NCBI GenBank assembly: GCA_965209015.1
Contig: OZ242367.1
Location: 2,048,865 to 2,112,864, forward strand
Origin: Rhodothermales bacterium
GTDB lineage: Bacteria > Bacteroidota > Rhodothermia > Rhodothermales > Bin80
Direction of reading: 5' to 3'
Length of the DNA: 64,000 nt
The translations under genes and the position numbers were made by a program. The notes under the pieces were generated by a model. The model was not told the DNA's origin and did not search any database. It saw nothing but the letters and a program-made list of their open reading frames with translations. Position 1 is the stretch's first letter; every line of letters starts with the position of its first letter. Shown here piece after piece: positions 9,934 to 20,669 of this stretch.

Positions 9934-10991
9934 TATTTGGAATTGGAAAATGCATTTATATAAACTTTTTCTTCTTCAGCCACGATAAGAGGCTCGCCGC
10001 CTTCAAGGGACTCAGGGATTGCTTCCAGAACCCTCTCTACGGCATCCCTGAGGGGGAGTCTGATGAATGCTCCGGCTGCGTTATGGTGTCCGCCGCCGCC
10101 ATAGGTTTGAGCCCATTGATCCATTCGATAATTTCCTTTGGATCGAAAACTAACCTTGACTCCATCTTTGATTTGCGTGAACAACAGCGTAACATGAACC
10201 CCACTGATGGACATGAGCATATCTGATACCCCATGGATTTCGGTAGAATCTGCATCCGTTGAAGTAAGCATACGCCGTGGGATCGTGACATAGGCAAGTT
10301 TCCCATCACACAAAAACATGACTCCTTGCAAAATCATCGAAATCAGACGAGGCCAAGAGCGGCTATGATTCTCATATACACTTGAATAAACTTCGGGAGG
10401 TGGCTGGCTTCCACGCTCAAGTAGATCTGCGGTGATCTGATGAATTTTCGGCGTTACGGCAGCAAAACGAAATGAGCCCGTATCGGTCATCAGTGCAGTA
10501 TACAAGGCTGTGGCGATCACCGGATCAATCAAACTCTGGTCATGAGCACTAATCAGGTCATAGATTAATTCTCCTGTGGCTGCGGCATTCTCATCGCGCA
10601 ACGCCCAAGTAAACCAGGACTCTGGAGCCGTATGGTGATCAATGAGCAAAACGGGTCCGGAGTACAGATCAAGCGCTCTCTCAACCGTTTTACCCAGACG
10701 ATCTCGGCTGTTGGTATCCACGACAATAAATAAGTCCGCCCGAGAAACAGCATCCAGATTGTTCAGTGTATTTCCAGTTCTAACAGCCTCCGAGCCGGGC
10801 ATCCAATCCAAGTTGGGGGGCACAGGATCGGAGTTAAACAGAACGACATCTTTCCCCAATTTTTCAAGAAAACGTCCAAGTGAAACCTGCGAGCCAATTG
10901 CATCACCATCAGGGCGCTGATGAGTAGTGATCACAAAACGATCATGATCCAACAGAACCCCTAAGATGTCTTTCAACATGGCATTGGCCAA
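9933..10991 (-). CDS. nrnA: DHH/DHHA1 phosphoesterase (NrnA-like oligoribonuclease/pAp phosphatase)
   Basis: HQRPDGDAIGS, DTGSFRF, GGGHHNAAGA. Its stop overlaps the pepA start (TAATG). Confidence 0.75.
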   Translation of the reverse strand: MANAMLKDILGVLLDHDRFVITTHQRPDGDAIGSQVSLGRFLEKLGKDVVLFNSDPVPPNLDWMPGSEAVRTGNTLNNLDAVSRADLFIVVDTNSRDRLGKTVERALDLYSGPVLLIDHHTAPESWFTWALRDENAAATGELIYDLISAHDQSLIDPVIATALYTALMTDTGSFRFAAVTPKIHQITADLLERGSQPPPEVYSSVYENHSRSWPRLISMILQGVMFLCDGKLAYVTIPRRMLTSTDADSTEIHGVSDMLMSISGVHVTLLFTQIKDGVKVSFRSKGNYRMDQWAQTYGGGGHHNAAGAFIRLPLRDAVERVLEAIPESLEGGEPLIVAEEEKVYINAFSNSK

Positions 10992-11575
10992 ATGACGTAA
11001 TCAGCAACTAGATATTTTTGTTTGAGACCTACGCCAAAGCAACCCCAACGGCGAGAGCGTGCAAAAGAGCATCCTCAAAGTGCGGCGTTATATCAGCCCT
11101 AATAAAGTGTGAACCGAAGTATAAACCGAACAGACACATTCAACCAACTTTTTTAGGACTTGTTCGGAATTGTTATATCGTCTTTGTTAAGTAACTGAGC
11201 CTTGATGGTTAACCAGAACCAGTCTCAACTCCCATGTTCAGTTCCCTAGATCTCTCAAAGATACAGGGGAGAGAAAGTAGGAAGCAGAAGCTAATCAATC
11301 TGCTCAGAAATGGACAAAGGCACAAGCAAACGCTCCGAAGTCACCTCCATCGAATCCGATGAATCGCAAAGACCAATAGCCAAAAAAACCAGTATCAAGA
11401 TATGGGATAGAGGAAAAATACTAAACTTCATGGCACCAAAAAATTGCGAACTGAGACGAACAATCAGATTGATGTAACGGGTAAGGTAACGCTTGAAAAT
11501 ATGTGGCTAGTCTCCACTCTGAACGATTGCAGTGCAGTGCGTGTTGAATACCGAGCAGACGCATACAGTTTAAAG

Positions 11576-12781
11576 CTACCGAAAATGTACGAATTGGCCC
11601 GTCTGCACTGCGTTACCCATCTCTGAATGCATCACCATATGATACAAGTAATGTCCCGACGGAAGCGATTGCCCCTCTACCTCAATCTGCTTTCCCCATC
11701 CTGCGGATAAATCTACCGGTGGAACCGTCAGCACACGCTGTCCTAACATATCAATGATCTCCACGGTCACACGGGCAGAGAAAGGAAGATCAAATTGCAA
11801 ATTTGTTGATCTCTGGAAAGGGTTGGGATAATTCCCATGCACTACGAATGTTTCCGGCAATGTCGTCTCCTGCTCAACCTGCACAGGAGAATCTCCTATA
11901 AGTTCAAACCGAGCACGTATGGGGACTACCGTCTCGTTGAATAAGTATTCATCAGCAACAAATAAGCTTGTCCACAGTGGTATCCATGCATTATCCACGT
12001 ATACATGTGATAAGTCTTCCATAGCATAGGGAGCTAATCCCAAAAATAGAATATTATCGTCGTTTCCTGCATCCCCATATGCAATATGGATCACATCCGG
12101 TAAGGCATCAATTCCCTCATTTGAAAGATCCAGTTCAAAAAAATCCAATTCTATATCCGAGAATCGGACAAAGTCTCTTGGGTCGTCAATTACTTTTGAA
12201 AACAGGACATCTCCCGGTCTACCCCCATCATCCGAATAAATGTAGACCGTTAGGTCTCGGGGGGAAGACGGGGAATAGTCTGGTCTCCGAAACTGATTGT
12301 CATAGTAAGGTGCCAGCCAGATACGATCAATCCGAACCTCCCGATCGTCTCCTGAGGATATCTTAGGAATGAACCGGGTAGACCATCTATCATGATCTAA
12401 TGACCGTAAGATGATAGTGGCATCAACATCCGCCTCAAATAGTCTTCCCTGATCATACTGAATGTACACGAATTCTGAATTGTCTGATGGAGAGTCCTTT
12501 TTCATTCCGATCGTGCAAGATTCATTAGAATTAGGCACCAGCCCAACTTGGCACACTCCGTCCTCAGATACTGCTTCAGTAAAGTTCTCAACATTCCGAG
12601 CGTGTGAGTCCACGACCATCGTATGAAAAGCCCCGGAGTGCTGTGAATTAGCTGAATCCGGGAGTTGCATACCAGAATCACTCGTAATAGTCTTGTACAA
12701 TGTCTCAATCTGTGCCTGTATGGGTGTAGACGAACCCACTGACACCAGTACCACCAAAATACTTGCTATTAGGTTGCGCAT
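11576..12781 (-). CDS. Secreted protein with one copy of an uncharacterised ~200-aa module and a T9SS (Por) C-terminal sorting domain
   Basis: C-terminus GNYPNPFQRSTNLQFDLPFSARVTVEIIDMLGQRVL...LPSGHYLYHMV is a type-A T9SS CTD. I prefer the ATG at 12781 (MRNLIASILVVLVSVGSSTPIQAQ, signal peptide) because it matches the paralog's start. The longest ORF begins at 12838. Confidence 0.8.
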   Translation of the reverse strand: MRNLIASILVVLVSVGSSTPIQAQIETLYKTITSDSGMQLPDSANSQHSGAFHTMVVDSHARNVENFTEAVSEDGVCQVGLVPNSNESCTIGMKKDSPSDNSEFVYIQYDQGRLFEADVDATIILRSLDHDRWSTRFIPKISSGDDREVRIDRIWLAPYYDNQFRRPDYSPSSPRDLTVYIYSDDGGRPGDVLFSKVIDDPRDFVRFSDIELDFFELDLSNEGIDALPDVIHIAYGDAGNDDNILFLGLAPYAMEDLSHVYVDNAWIPLWTSLFVADEYLFNETVVPIRARFELIGDSPVQVEQETTLPETFVVHGNYPNPFQRSTNLQFDLPFSARVTVEIIDMLGQRVLTVPPVDLSAGWGKQIEVEGQSLPSGHYLYHMVMHSEMGNAVQTGQFVHFR

Positions 12782-14489
12782 AATATTGGACCTGTTAAAT
12801 ATTTGGGGGAGACACCTTTGTCTGTATTGCTCTTTCATGGAGACAACTTTGAGTTTTTTACGAGCCCCCGCAAAACCTCCGTCGGTAAATCTTTTGAAAA
12901 AGATCGTCCTCTAAAGTTTCTGACTGGTGGATCCAGTCAGATTAGACGAGATTTTCTGGGAGCATATCTGCTTTTGCAAAACGCAAAACAGCATTTATGT
13001 GTAACCATAATCAGTGGATCTGGATCCCCCTATTTTGCATCTCCCAAAGTGTCAAATTCAAAAAAACGGAGGCTCTCATAGAAGATAACATACAAATTTT
13101 TTATGTCTCCTCCAGAAGGAGTTATTCCCCTGTGTGGAAGCACAATCGGGTTCGTAGCCCGAACGATATAACTCATTCGTGTTTGGGATGATGTTTATGG
13201 AGGGTTTTTTGCTTTGCCCCGGTTGCATGCGAACGAGTGTATCGGACTTCACTTGTGCGGTGGACCGAGACAGTATTGAATATTTTAAGGACTCATGGAT
13301 TGAATGAGCACCCGTTTCCCGATTAGCTGCTTCAATCGCTGTGCGGTTGGTCCGGCAGAGCATCGTGACCAATACCTTTACAAGTGCACTCAAGGAATTT
13401 GCGGAAGCAAAATGCCGACTCGAATCCATGAAGCATGGATCAAAATAGCCTATATATTGAGATCCAAAACAGCGACTCAGTGAGACTCGAAATAGCCACT
13501 GGCGGACTTATTCGTGTTCTTGCGTTCTTTATTGACCTTGTCGTTCAAATGTGTCTGTCTTTATTGATATTTCTTTCGTACGCTCATTTTGAAGATTTCC
13601 TTGAATATTTTCGTAAGAAGTCTCCTTTGAGTTGAATCCAGTATGCAGGCTACATAACTCAATATAGAAGTGCATTGGCAATGATCGGATTGGCCATGTT
13701 TTGGTATAAGCCCAAGTTCGCTATATTTCTCTTAAGAACCCATGGATTTTGTTGCACTTTTCTACTATTCCCCCCCTGAATGACCGATTTGGGCCTGAAC
13801 CCTTATATCCTGGCTCCCTTTTGGTCATGTTTTGGAAATTTCTGCTAAAAGGTCGTCATAGCATTATTCTGGTGCTTTCTGGAGCCCCCAGTTCCTACTC
13901 TTCCATGCCCTCTTATCATATTTGGGTATTCTGGACGAAGTGAGCCACCGAATACAATTGAAGTGAGTCTGGGGATTGGTAACTCATTTGGCCGGAATAT
14001 GCAATTCATGTTAGTGTATACTGAGATCCAATTGGGGACTTATTGGTGTACAATTTGAGTCTCACTGGTGTACAAATTCATCGCAATACATATAAGGCCA
14101 ACGGATCCCTAACCACCGGCTGGTATGCGTCGCAGAAGTTGGAACCCTAAACTCCAGCTATAGGTGAATTCAGAAGAGAAAGTGGGGAGTAGAAACTGAT
14201 CAAGTCTGCTCCCGAAATGGAGAAAGAACGCTGTCGTAACAACTCTAAGTCATCCATGCCGGACTCAATGAATCTCAGAAACCACTATCCAGAAAAAATC
14301 GGTCTCAAATATGGGATAGAGTGAAAATGCTTAACCTTGTGGCTCCAAGAAATGATGAACTTGGGACGGACAATCAGATTGGTACAACTGGCATGGTAAT
14401 GTCCAGAAAGAACAATGCGACCAGTCTCCACTCTAAGAAAATTGAAATATAGAGCGCATCAGATATCCTGCAAGCAAAACGGTCTGAGA

Positions 14490-16568
14490 CTACCGGAAAT
14501 GCACGAATTGGCCCGTCTGTATTGCATTGCCCATTTCTGAGTGCATCACCATACGATACAAGTAATGTCCCGACGGAAGCGATTGTCCATCTACCTCAAT
14601 CTGCTTTCCCCATCCTGCGGATAAATCCACAGGTGGGACTGTTAGCACACGCCGTCCTAACATGTCAATGACCTCTACGGTCACGCGGGCGGAGGTGGGA
14701 AGATCAAACTGCAAATTTGTTGATTTCTGGAAAGGGTTGGGATAATTCCCATGCACCACGAACGTTTCCGGCACGGTCGTCTCCTGACTGACCTGTACAG
14801 GAAACTCTCCTTGAAGTCGAAATCGAGCACGTATGGGAATCACCGTCTCATTCAACACATTCATACCACCAATACTGCCTGTCCACAGCGGTATCCACAC
14901 ACCATCTAAATATATATGTGACAAATTCTCCGTAACATAGGGTGCCACTCCCATGACCAGAATATTATCATCGTTTCCGGCATCCCCAATTGCAATGTGG
15001 ATCTCATCTGGCAGAACACCAATCCCCTCGTTTGAGAGGTCAAGTTCAAAAAAATCCAAATCCAAGTCCCTTACTTGGGTAAAGTCTCTTGGATCTTCAA
15101 TCATCTTAGAAAACAAGACATCGCCCGGTATGCCCCTATCATCCGAATAAATGTAGATGGTCAGATCTCGGGGAGCAGATGCGGGCAAGGTTGAATTCTG
15201 AAATTGATTATCAAAGTAAGGTGCTAGCCAGATACGATCAATCTGCACCTCTCGATTATCTGCCGAGGAGCCCTTCGGAGTGAAGATGGTAGAATATCTT
15301 GGTGTACCTTGTCTACCAAAAAAGACCCCTCCCCCATCATCAAAAGCAGATACCTCTCCCTCATCGTACTGAATGTCAACGAATTCAACCTGCGATGAGT
15401 AAATTTCAATCATAAACTGCAAACTGGCCGTGTTCCCACTTGCATCGGTCGCCGTGTAGGTGTAAGCTACGGGTGAAGATGTAACTTCCGCCGGTGTTCC
15501 ACGAATAGTTCGGTTTGAAGCGTCAAAGTTCAATCCAGCAGGTAATTCAGGCCTCAGGGAGTAACTGATCGGTAATTCACCTCTTGTGGCCTCCGGCAGA
15601 ATCAACGGGGTAATGGTCTGTCCCTCAGAGAAAATTTGATCTTCAACCTGTTGCGCAAAATGCAAGGAACCATCTGTGGGACCGAGTTGGAACCGAGCAC
15701 GTATGGGGATCACCGTCTCGTTGAATATATTTTCTCCGTTAACAAATATATCCGTCCAGAGTGATCCCCATTCACCATCCAAATTTAAATGTGATACGTT
15801 TTCAGTGGCATAGGGCGCAACTGCCAGAGCCAAGTTGTTCTCGTCATTCCCTGCATTCCCATAGGCAATGTGGATCACATCCGGTAGAACACCGATTCCT
15901 TCGCCTGAGAAGTCAAGTTCAAAGAAGTCCAAATCGAAGTTCCTTACTTGGGTAAAGTCTCTTGGATCTTCAATTACCTTTGAAAACAGAACCACCCCCG
16001 GTCTGCCCCCATCATCCGAATAAATGTAGACGGTCAGGTCTCTGGGGGCAGATGGTGGCAAGTTCGTATCTCCAAACTGATTATCAAAGTAAGGCGCAAG
16101 CCAGATGCGATCAATCCGCACATCCCGCGTATCGCTTGAAGATGTCTTGGGAGTGAACCGAGTAGACAGTATCACATTAGCATCAATCTCTGCAAAGGGA
16201 GAGATACCATTTTCAAACTCAAATACCTTTCCCTGATCGTACTGAATGTCAACGAATTCAGAATAATTGGAGGGACGAATTATTTTCAATCCGACTGCGC
16301 ACCATTCAATAGAATTGTACATCTCAATTGTTTGGCACCCTCTGGGCTCTGCTACTCTTTCTACAAAACTGTGGATATTTTCAACTTGTAACTCCAAGTC
16401 TACCGTATGAAAAGCTGAGGAACTCAGTGAAGGAGCAGAATGAGAGAACCGCATACTGGGGGCAATCACGGTAGTCTCATACAGTTGCACCTCAATCTGT
16501 GCTTGTACATGTGTCAGAGCCCCCACTGACCCTAGTAACACCAAGGTACTTGCTATTAGGTTTCGCAT
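14490..16568 (-). CDS. Paralogous secreted T9SS cargo protein: two copies of the same module, separated by a He_PIG/cadherin-like Ig domain, plus a T9SS CTD
   Basis: Signal peptide MRNLIASTLVLLGSVGALTHVQAQ. RIDRIWLAPYFDNQF...RDLT[VI]YIYSDD...DFFELD...VIPIRARF occurs twice. Ig-like block ISYSLRPELPAGLNFDASNRTIRGTPAEVTSSPVAYTYTATDASGN. The CTD is almost identical to that of 11576-12781. Confidence 0.8.
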   Translation of the reverse strand: MRNLIASTLVLLGSVGALTHVQAQIEVQLYETTVIAPSMRFSHSAPSLSSSAFHTVDLELQVENIHSFVERVAEPRGCQTIEMYNSIEWCAVGLKIIRPSNYSEFVDIQYDQGKVFEFENGISPFAEIDANVILSTRFTPKTSSSDTRDVRIDRIWLAPYFDNQFGDTNLPPSAPRDLTVYIYSDDGGRPGVVLFSKVIEDPRDFTQVRNFDLDFFELDFSGEGIGVLPDVIHIAYGNAGNDENNLALAVAPYATENVSHLNLDGEWGSLWTDIFVNGENIFNETVIPIRARFQLGPTDGSLHFAQQVEDQIFSEGQTITPLILPEATRGELPISYSLRPELPAGLNFDASNRTIRGTPAEVTSSPVAYTYTATDASGNTASLQFMIEIYSSQVEFVDIQYDEGEVSAFDDGGGVFFGRQGTPRYSTIFTPKGSSADNREVQIDRIWLAPYFDNQFQNSTLPASAPRDLTIYIYSDDRGIPGDVLFSKMIEDPRDFTQVRDLDLDFFELDLSNEGIGVLPDEIHIAIGDAGNDDNILVMGVAPYVTENLSHIYLDGVWIPLWTGSIGGMNVLNETVIPIRARFRLQGEFPVQVSQETTVPETFVVHGNYPNPFQKSTNLQFDLPTSARVTVEVIDMLGRRVLTVPPVDLSAGWGKQIEVDGQSLPSGHYLYRMVMHSEMGNAIQTGQFVHFR

Positions 16569-17166
16569 GATACAGATCTGTTACAGATTACATTCTTATT
16601 TATATTGCTCTCTCATAGAGGTAACTATGTTTTTAAGCAAGCCTTTGCAAAAATCCCTTATCGGGAGATTTTAGAAAATTCTGGTTTTTCTTCGGTCTCT
16701 GATTAGTCATCTGAACAAATTGGATGTGATTTTAAAGGGAGCAAATCTTACTCAAGATTCAAATCAAGTCTTTGCTGGGGCAAACTTCTTGGACTTTGGC
16801 TTTATATTTTATGTCTCAAAAGGTGTCAAATACAAGAAATTCGAAACTCTACTTTTTAACTATGAGAAAATATACATGATTTTTATGTTTCCCGTTAGCA
16901 CGAGTTGTTCTATGGATAGAAGATCTTTCGGATTATACCCACACGAGAGGCAAAACTTGAGCGCATCTTGCCCTCAAGACTGGGATAAGAGACGGAATGT
17001 ACCAAGAATACTCACCTAAGAAAATACGGTCAATCCAGACAATTGATGACCAGTGTCAGCCAGAAAATAGCTATGTACCTACTCCCGAATAAGTTACAGC
17101 AAACCCTGTAAGAAGCCACCTGATGTTCCGAAGATATACCTTCCCTTTCAAGAATATTCCAACTGC

Positions 17167-17947
17167 TTAGTCATGATCCTTCAAAAGTTTGTGGAAATAG
17201 TCCCGAATCTTTCTTTTATCATACTCATCAAGTTCATTCCCAGTTACTTGACGGGCTTTGGAAAGGAGATGCCCATCAATCTCATGGGGGTAGCCAGCGA
17301 CCTTTTCTTCCTCGTAGTTCACTTGCCTTTCCCTCGGGGAGGCTATTAATGACTTCCTGAGCAACGGCTTTGAGGAGATTTCCTTCCTGATTCAATTCGC
17401 TGGACTCGGGAGAAGGGGACTTTGAAATAAATGCTTCTAAATCAGTGGATTTCCACACATGTATGACATCAACTTCTTGACGCAGAAGGTTGGATTGGTT
17501 ACTCTTTGCAGGCTTGATACCCAACAAATGAACTCGGATGCCATACTCCTGAGCCATGGTCACTCCTACCCTGATATCTTCATCTCCCGTCAGCAGAACA
17601 CAACTAGACATGGCCCTGTTGCGTGCCAATGTAATCATATCTGTCACGATCAGGGAATCCACACCTTTCTGCTCACCACGACTGTTGATGAGCCCTGGCC
17701 GAACTTTGACATTAGATAAACGAACTAGTTCTGTATGCTGGGGTGTAGGATGCGGGTAGGCACCATCATACTAGTATATCCGAAGTAGCTCTAACTTTGA
17801 ATGCTCCTCTGCTACTGTTCTTAACCTACCTTCAATCGCAGCATAATTCAACGACACATCTTCTCGCTTAAGCCGCTCCCCAAATAACTCCTTGGTCCCC
17901 GCCGCGAAGAGATAACCCGCATCAACAAACACAGCGAAGCGTTCCAT
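17167..17947 (-). pseudogene. NYN-domain (LabA/limkain-type) protein gene, disrupted by an in-frame TAG and a 1-nt frameshift
   Basis: Manual translation from the ATG at 17947 gives MERFAVFVDAGYLFAAG...LELLRIY-TAG(17771-17773)-YDGAY...GEQKGVDSLIVTDMITLA...VLLTGDEDIRVGV..EYGIRVHLLG. The reading frame then switches around 17310-17340 into the 17167-17364 ORF. The 781-nt span is not a multiple of 3. Confidence 0.7.
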
Positions 17948-17960
17948 ACACCGGGAAAAA

Positions 17961-17991
17961 TGAGCAAAAATTAAAGGCCCCCTCAGGGGCC
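17961..17991 (-). terminator. Rho-independent terminator downstream of murF
   Basis: Minus strand: GGCCCC-TGAG-GGGGCC stem-loop followed by TTTAATTTTTGC, about 240 nt after the murF stop. Confidence 0.6.
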
Positions 17992-18231
17992 CCTTACTAG
18001 AATTGCTTTAATTACGAGCAATTACGACAAACACACGGAAAACTATTGACAATGTTCCAATTTTCGGTATAAAACTTTTCTCTGTGAATTCCCCTCAGAT
18101 CAAGTTTAATCTTATTGAACCGCTTGAATATCCCAAAATCATGGGATTAACAGGCCAAAGAACAGGCTTAGGCTGCCTCAGGGACATTAGCGCTAACTTG
18201 TTTGCGATCAATTATTTTGGGTTTTATGGAA

Positions 18232-19536
18232 TCACTCAATGGATAACCATGCCTCGTTTTGACGGGGAAGAACAGATTCCGGTGATACTTGCTCCGAAAG
18301 TAGAGCCTTGCTGATACGTTCCATTCGTGCTCCCTGAGAGCCCTTGACCAAAATCACATCTCCATGTTCGGGTAGATAGATCCTTCCATGAATAAGCTCC
18401 GATGCGAGCTCCTCTGAACTGTAAAAGCCACATACATTTCTCCTTAACTCTGAAGATAACTCCTCCGCTCCGATCTCCATCCGCGACCCACAGCAATAGA
18501 CATGATCTGCAATCGTAGAAGCTTTTCTCAAAATTGCGCCATGCGCCTTCTGTTCAGAATCGCCTAACTCTAACATATCACCCAGAAACGCGATTCTTCG
18601 TTTGGCAGTCTGCTGACGTAACACATTCAGCGCAATATGCATGGCGTCTGGACTGGCATTGTAGGAATCATCAATTAACAGCGCCCCTCCCCTTGCGGGG
18701 AGCCGATTCAGTCGTCCTTTTTCCGGTTTGAGTCCACTTAAGGCTTCGTTGATCATTCTCGGATCTATCCCCACAGCGATTCCCGCAGAAAAAGCGGCCA
18801 GCATAATATATATGACATGCTCCCCAAGCAAGGAAATCTTCGCCTGGATGTCCCGAGGGGTAACATCTGCATTGGCAACTGTGCCATACATCAGAGTTTG
18901 ACCTCCACATTCGACAGCCATCGCACGAGTGTACTCATCATCTGCATTTAAGCAGGCTACACCTGTTGTCCCAAGTGCCCGAACAAGTTCACTCTTTTCC
19001 TCTTGGACCCCCTCTATTGAACCAAGCGTTTCCAAATGAACGCCGCGAACATTCGTGACAATTGATAGGTCTGGACGAAAATACTCGCAGATTTCTTTCA
19101 GATCCCCCTTATTTCTGGCACCCATCTCCAGTACAAGGCGTGTATTGGGTTGGAGATCAGTATTTGCTACCGTGAGGGATAAGCCCAATAAGGTATTCAA
19201 GTTGCCAACCGAAGAGGTAACAGGACCTGAGGTCTGCATAACCTGGGTGACAGCATTACGGGTTGTGGTCTTACCGACAGAGCCCGTAATGGCAATCACC
19301 TGAGCATTTGCACTCTTTATCTTATTGCGGGCAATTTGGGCGAGATAAGCAATTGAATCTTGAACGAGCGTTATCCTGTCTTGAGATACATGCGCCAGCG
19401 CCCGCTCAACGATAGCTCCACGCGCACCCTTGAGGATTGCCTCATGGACAAAATCATGTCCATCATAGCGATCTCCACGAATCGCTACATAAGTATCTCC
19501 TTCGCGTAATGTGCGTGTATCCGTTGAAAACGTCAT
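18232..19536 (-). CDS. murF: UDP-N-acetylmuramoyl-tripeptide--D-alanyl-D-alanine ligase
   Basis: GDTYVAIRGDRYDGHDFV, ITGSVGKTTT, DDSYNASP. Confidence 0.9.
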   Translation of the reverse strand: MTFSTDTRTLREGDTYVAIRGDRYDGHDFVHEAILKGARGAIVERALAHVSQDRITLVQDSIAYLAQIARNKIKSANAQVIAITGSVGKTTTRNAVTQVMQTSGPVTSSVGNLNTLLGLSLTVANTDLQPNTRLVLEMGARNKGDLKEICEYFRPDLSIVTNVRGVHLETLGSIEGVQEEKSELVRALGTTGVACLNADDEYTRAMAVECGGQTLMYGTVANADVTPRDIQAKISLLGEHVIYIMLAAFSAGIAVGIDPRMINEALSGLKPEKGRLNRLPARGGALLIDDSYNASPDAMHIALNVLRQQTAKRRIAFLGDMLELGDSEQKAHGAILRKASTIADHVYCCGSRMEIGAEELSSELRRNVCGFYSSEELASELIHGRIYLPEHGDVILVKGSQGARMERISKALLSEQVSPESVLPRQNEAWLSIE

Positions 19537-20669
19537 GATTGTAGGAAAGTCAACTGAGAGCGTCGTTCATGGGCATCAAACGCATCTTGAATTAATGCGT
19601 CAATAAGCTCGGAAAATGAGATACCAGAATGATTCCAGAGAGAGGGATACATACTCACCGAAGTGAATCCAGGAATCGTATTGACTTCGTTCACTAATAC
19701 CCGATGATTCTCCTCAAGAAAAAAATCTACACGCGCCATCCCGCGACACTCGAGTACCGTACATACTTTACGGGCTGTATCCTGAATCTCCTGCATTACC
19801 TTCTCTGGCAAGGATGTCGGAATGAGGAGGTCCGTTGCGGACTCATCTATGTACTTTGCCTCGTAAGAATAAAACGATGCCCTAGTCCTAATTTCACCGC
19901 AAATAGAAACTTGGGAGGGATTTCTGCCCAAGACAGCACATTCAATCTCGCGCCCTTTAATTGCCTCTTCAACCAACACCTTATCATCATACTGGAAGGC
20001 AAGCTCCACGGCTGGCTGATATTCATTCAATGATTCAACACGAGTGATTCCAACCGATGATCCAGTATTTGAAGGCTTCACAAAGAGAACGGGACCAAGT
20101 CTTCGTGCCAAATATTCATAGCTTGGAACATTGATTTCTCTATTACGGATGACGCTAAATTTGGGGACGGCCATGCCTGCGTCTCGCAAAAGACGTTTGG
20201 ACACATCTTTATCCATGCATACCGATGATCCGAGAATCCCTGCCCCAACACAGGGAATCCCATACATTTGAAGTAATCCTTGAATTGCACCATCCTCTCC
20301 ATTCGCTCCATGGAGAACTGGAAATGCAACATCCACATGTACCGATTCTTTTGATCCTTCTACGGGCTCTAACAGACCATCAGAGTTAAGAAATACCTGC
20401 TCTCCTTGGCGGTTCAAATCAAAATTTGGTGCTCCAGATTCCATGATTGAATTGACTCGAATCCACTTTCCGTCTGGATCAATACGAACCAAGGTGACGT
20501 GATAACGCTTGAGATTTATAGCACGATAGATACTCGTAGCTGAAAGAACAGAAATTTCGTGTTCAACTGACTGCCCTCCAAAGAGGAGGACAACATGTGG
20601 CAGGGATAAATTTGGATGCGCTGTCACGGCTGGTGCTCTACTAAATGTCCTTTGTTGTAAATAGCCCAT
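19533..20669 (-). CDS. ddl: D-alanine--D-alanine ligase
   Basis: LFGGQSVEHEISVLSA, HGANGEDGAIQGLL, EVNTIPGFT. The exact start is uncertain because the longest ORF overlaps pyrC by 46 nt. Confidence 0.88.
   Translation of the reverse strand: MGYLQQRTFSRAPAVTAHPNLSLPHVVLLFGGQSVEHEISVLSATSIYRAINLKRYHVTLVRIDPDGKWIRVNSIMESGAPNFDLNRQGEQVFLNSDGLLEPVEGSKESVHVDVAFPVLHGANGEDGAIQGLLQMYGIPCVGAGILGSSVCMDKDVSKRLLRDAGMAVPKFSVIRNREINVPSYEYLARRLGPVLFVKPSNTGSSVGITRVESLNEYQPAVELAFQYDDKVLVEEAIKGREIECAVLGRNPSQVSICGEIRTRASFYSYEAKYIDESATDLLIPTSLPEKVMQEIQDTARKVCTVLECRGMARVDFFLEENHRVLVNEVNTIPGFTSVSMYPSLWNHSGISFSELIDALIQDAFDAHERRSQLTFLQS

Noticed and set aside
11291-11431. A 46-aa minus-strand ORF (MKFSIFPLSHILILVFLAIGLCDSS...) with a lipoprotein-like signal, located in the conserved 3' flank of the first T9SS cargo gene.
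   Set aside because: The homologous flank of the paralog (around 14300-14345) lacks the ATG and has an early stop, so the conservation is not protein-coding.
13435-13635. A 66-aa ORF whose RVLAFFIDLVV segment is reminiscent of RDD-family membrane proteins. I considered a gene fragment.
   Set aside because: The match is a few residues only, and the downstream frames are broken with no further family motifs. That is insufficient for even a pseudogene call.
17771-17773. In-frame TAG at likely Trp positions in two different genes (the NYN gene here and istB at 55338-55340). I considered stop-codon reassignment or programmed readthrough.
   Set aside because: Both genes carry additional lesions (a frameshift in one; a TGA and a degraded Walker A in the other), and many intact genes in the window terminate normally on TAG, TAA or TGA. 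Simple G-to-A pseudogenisation explains the pattern.
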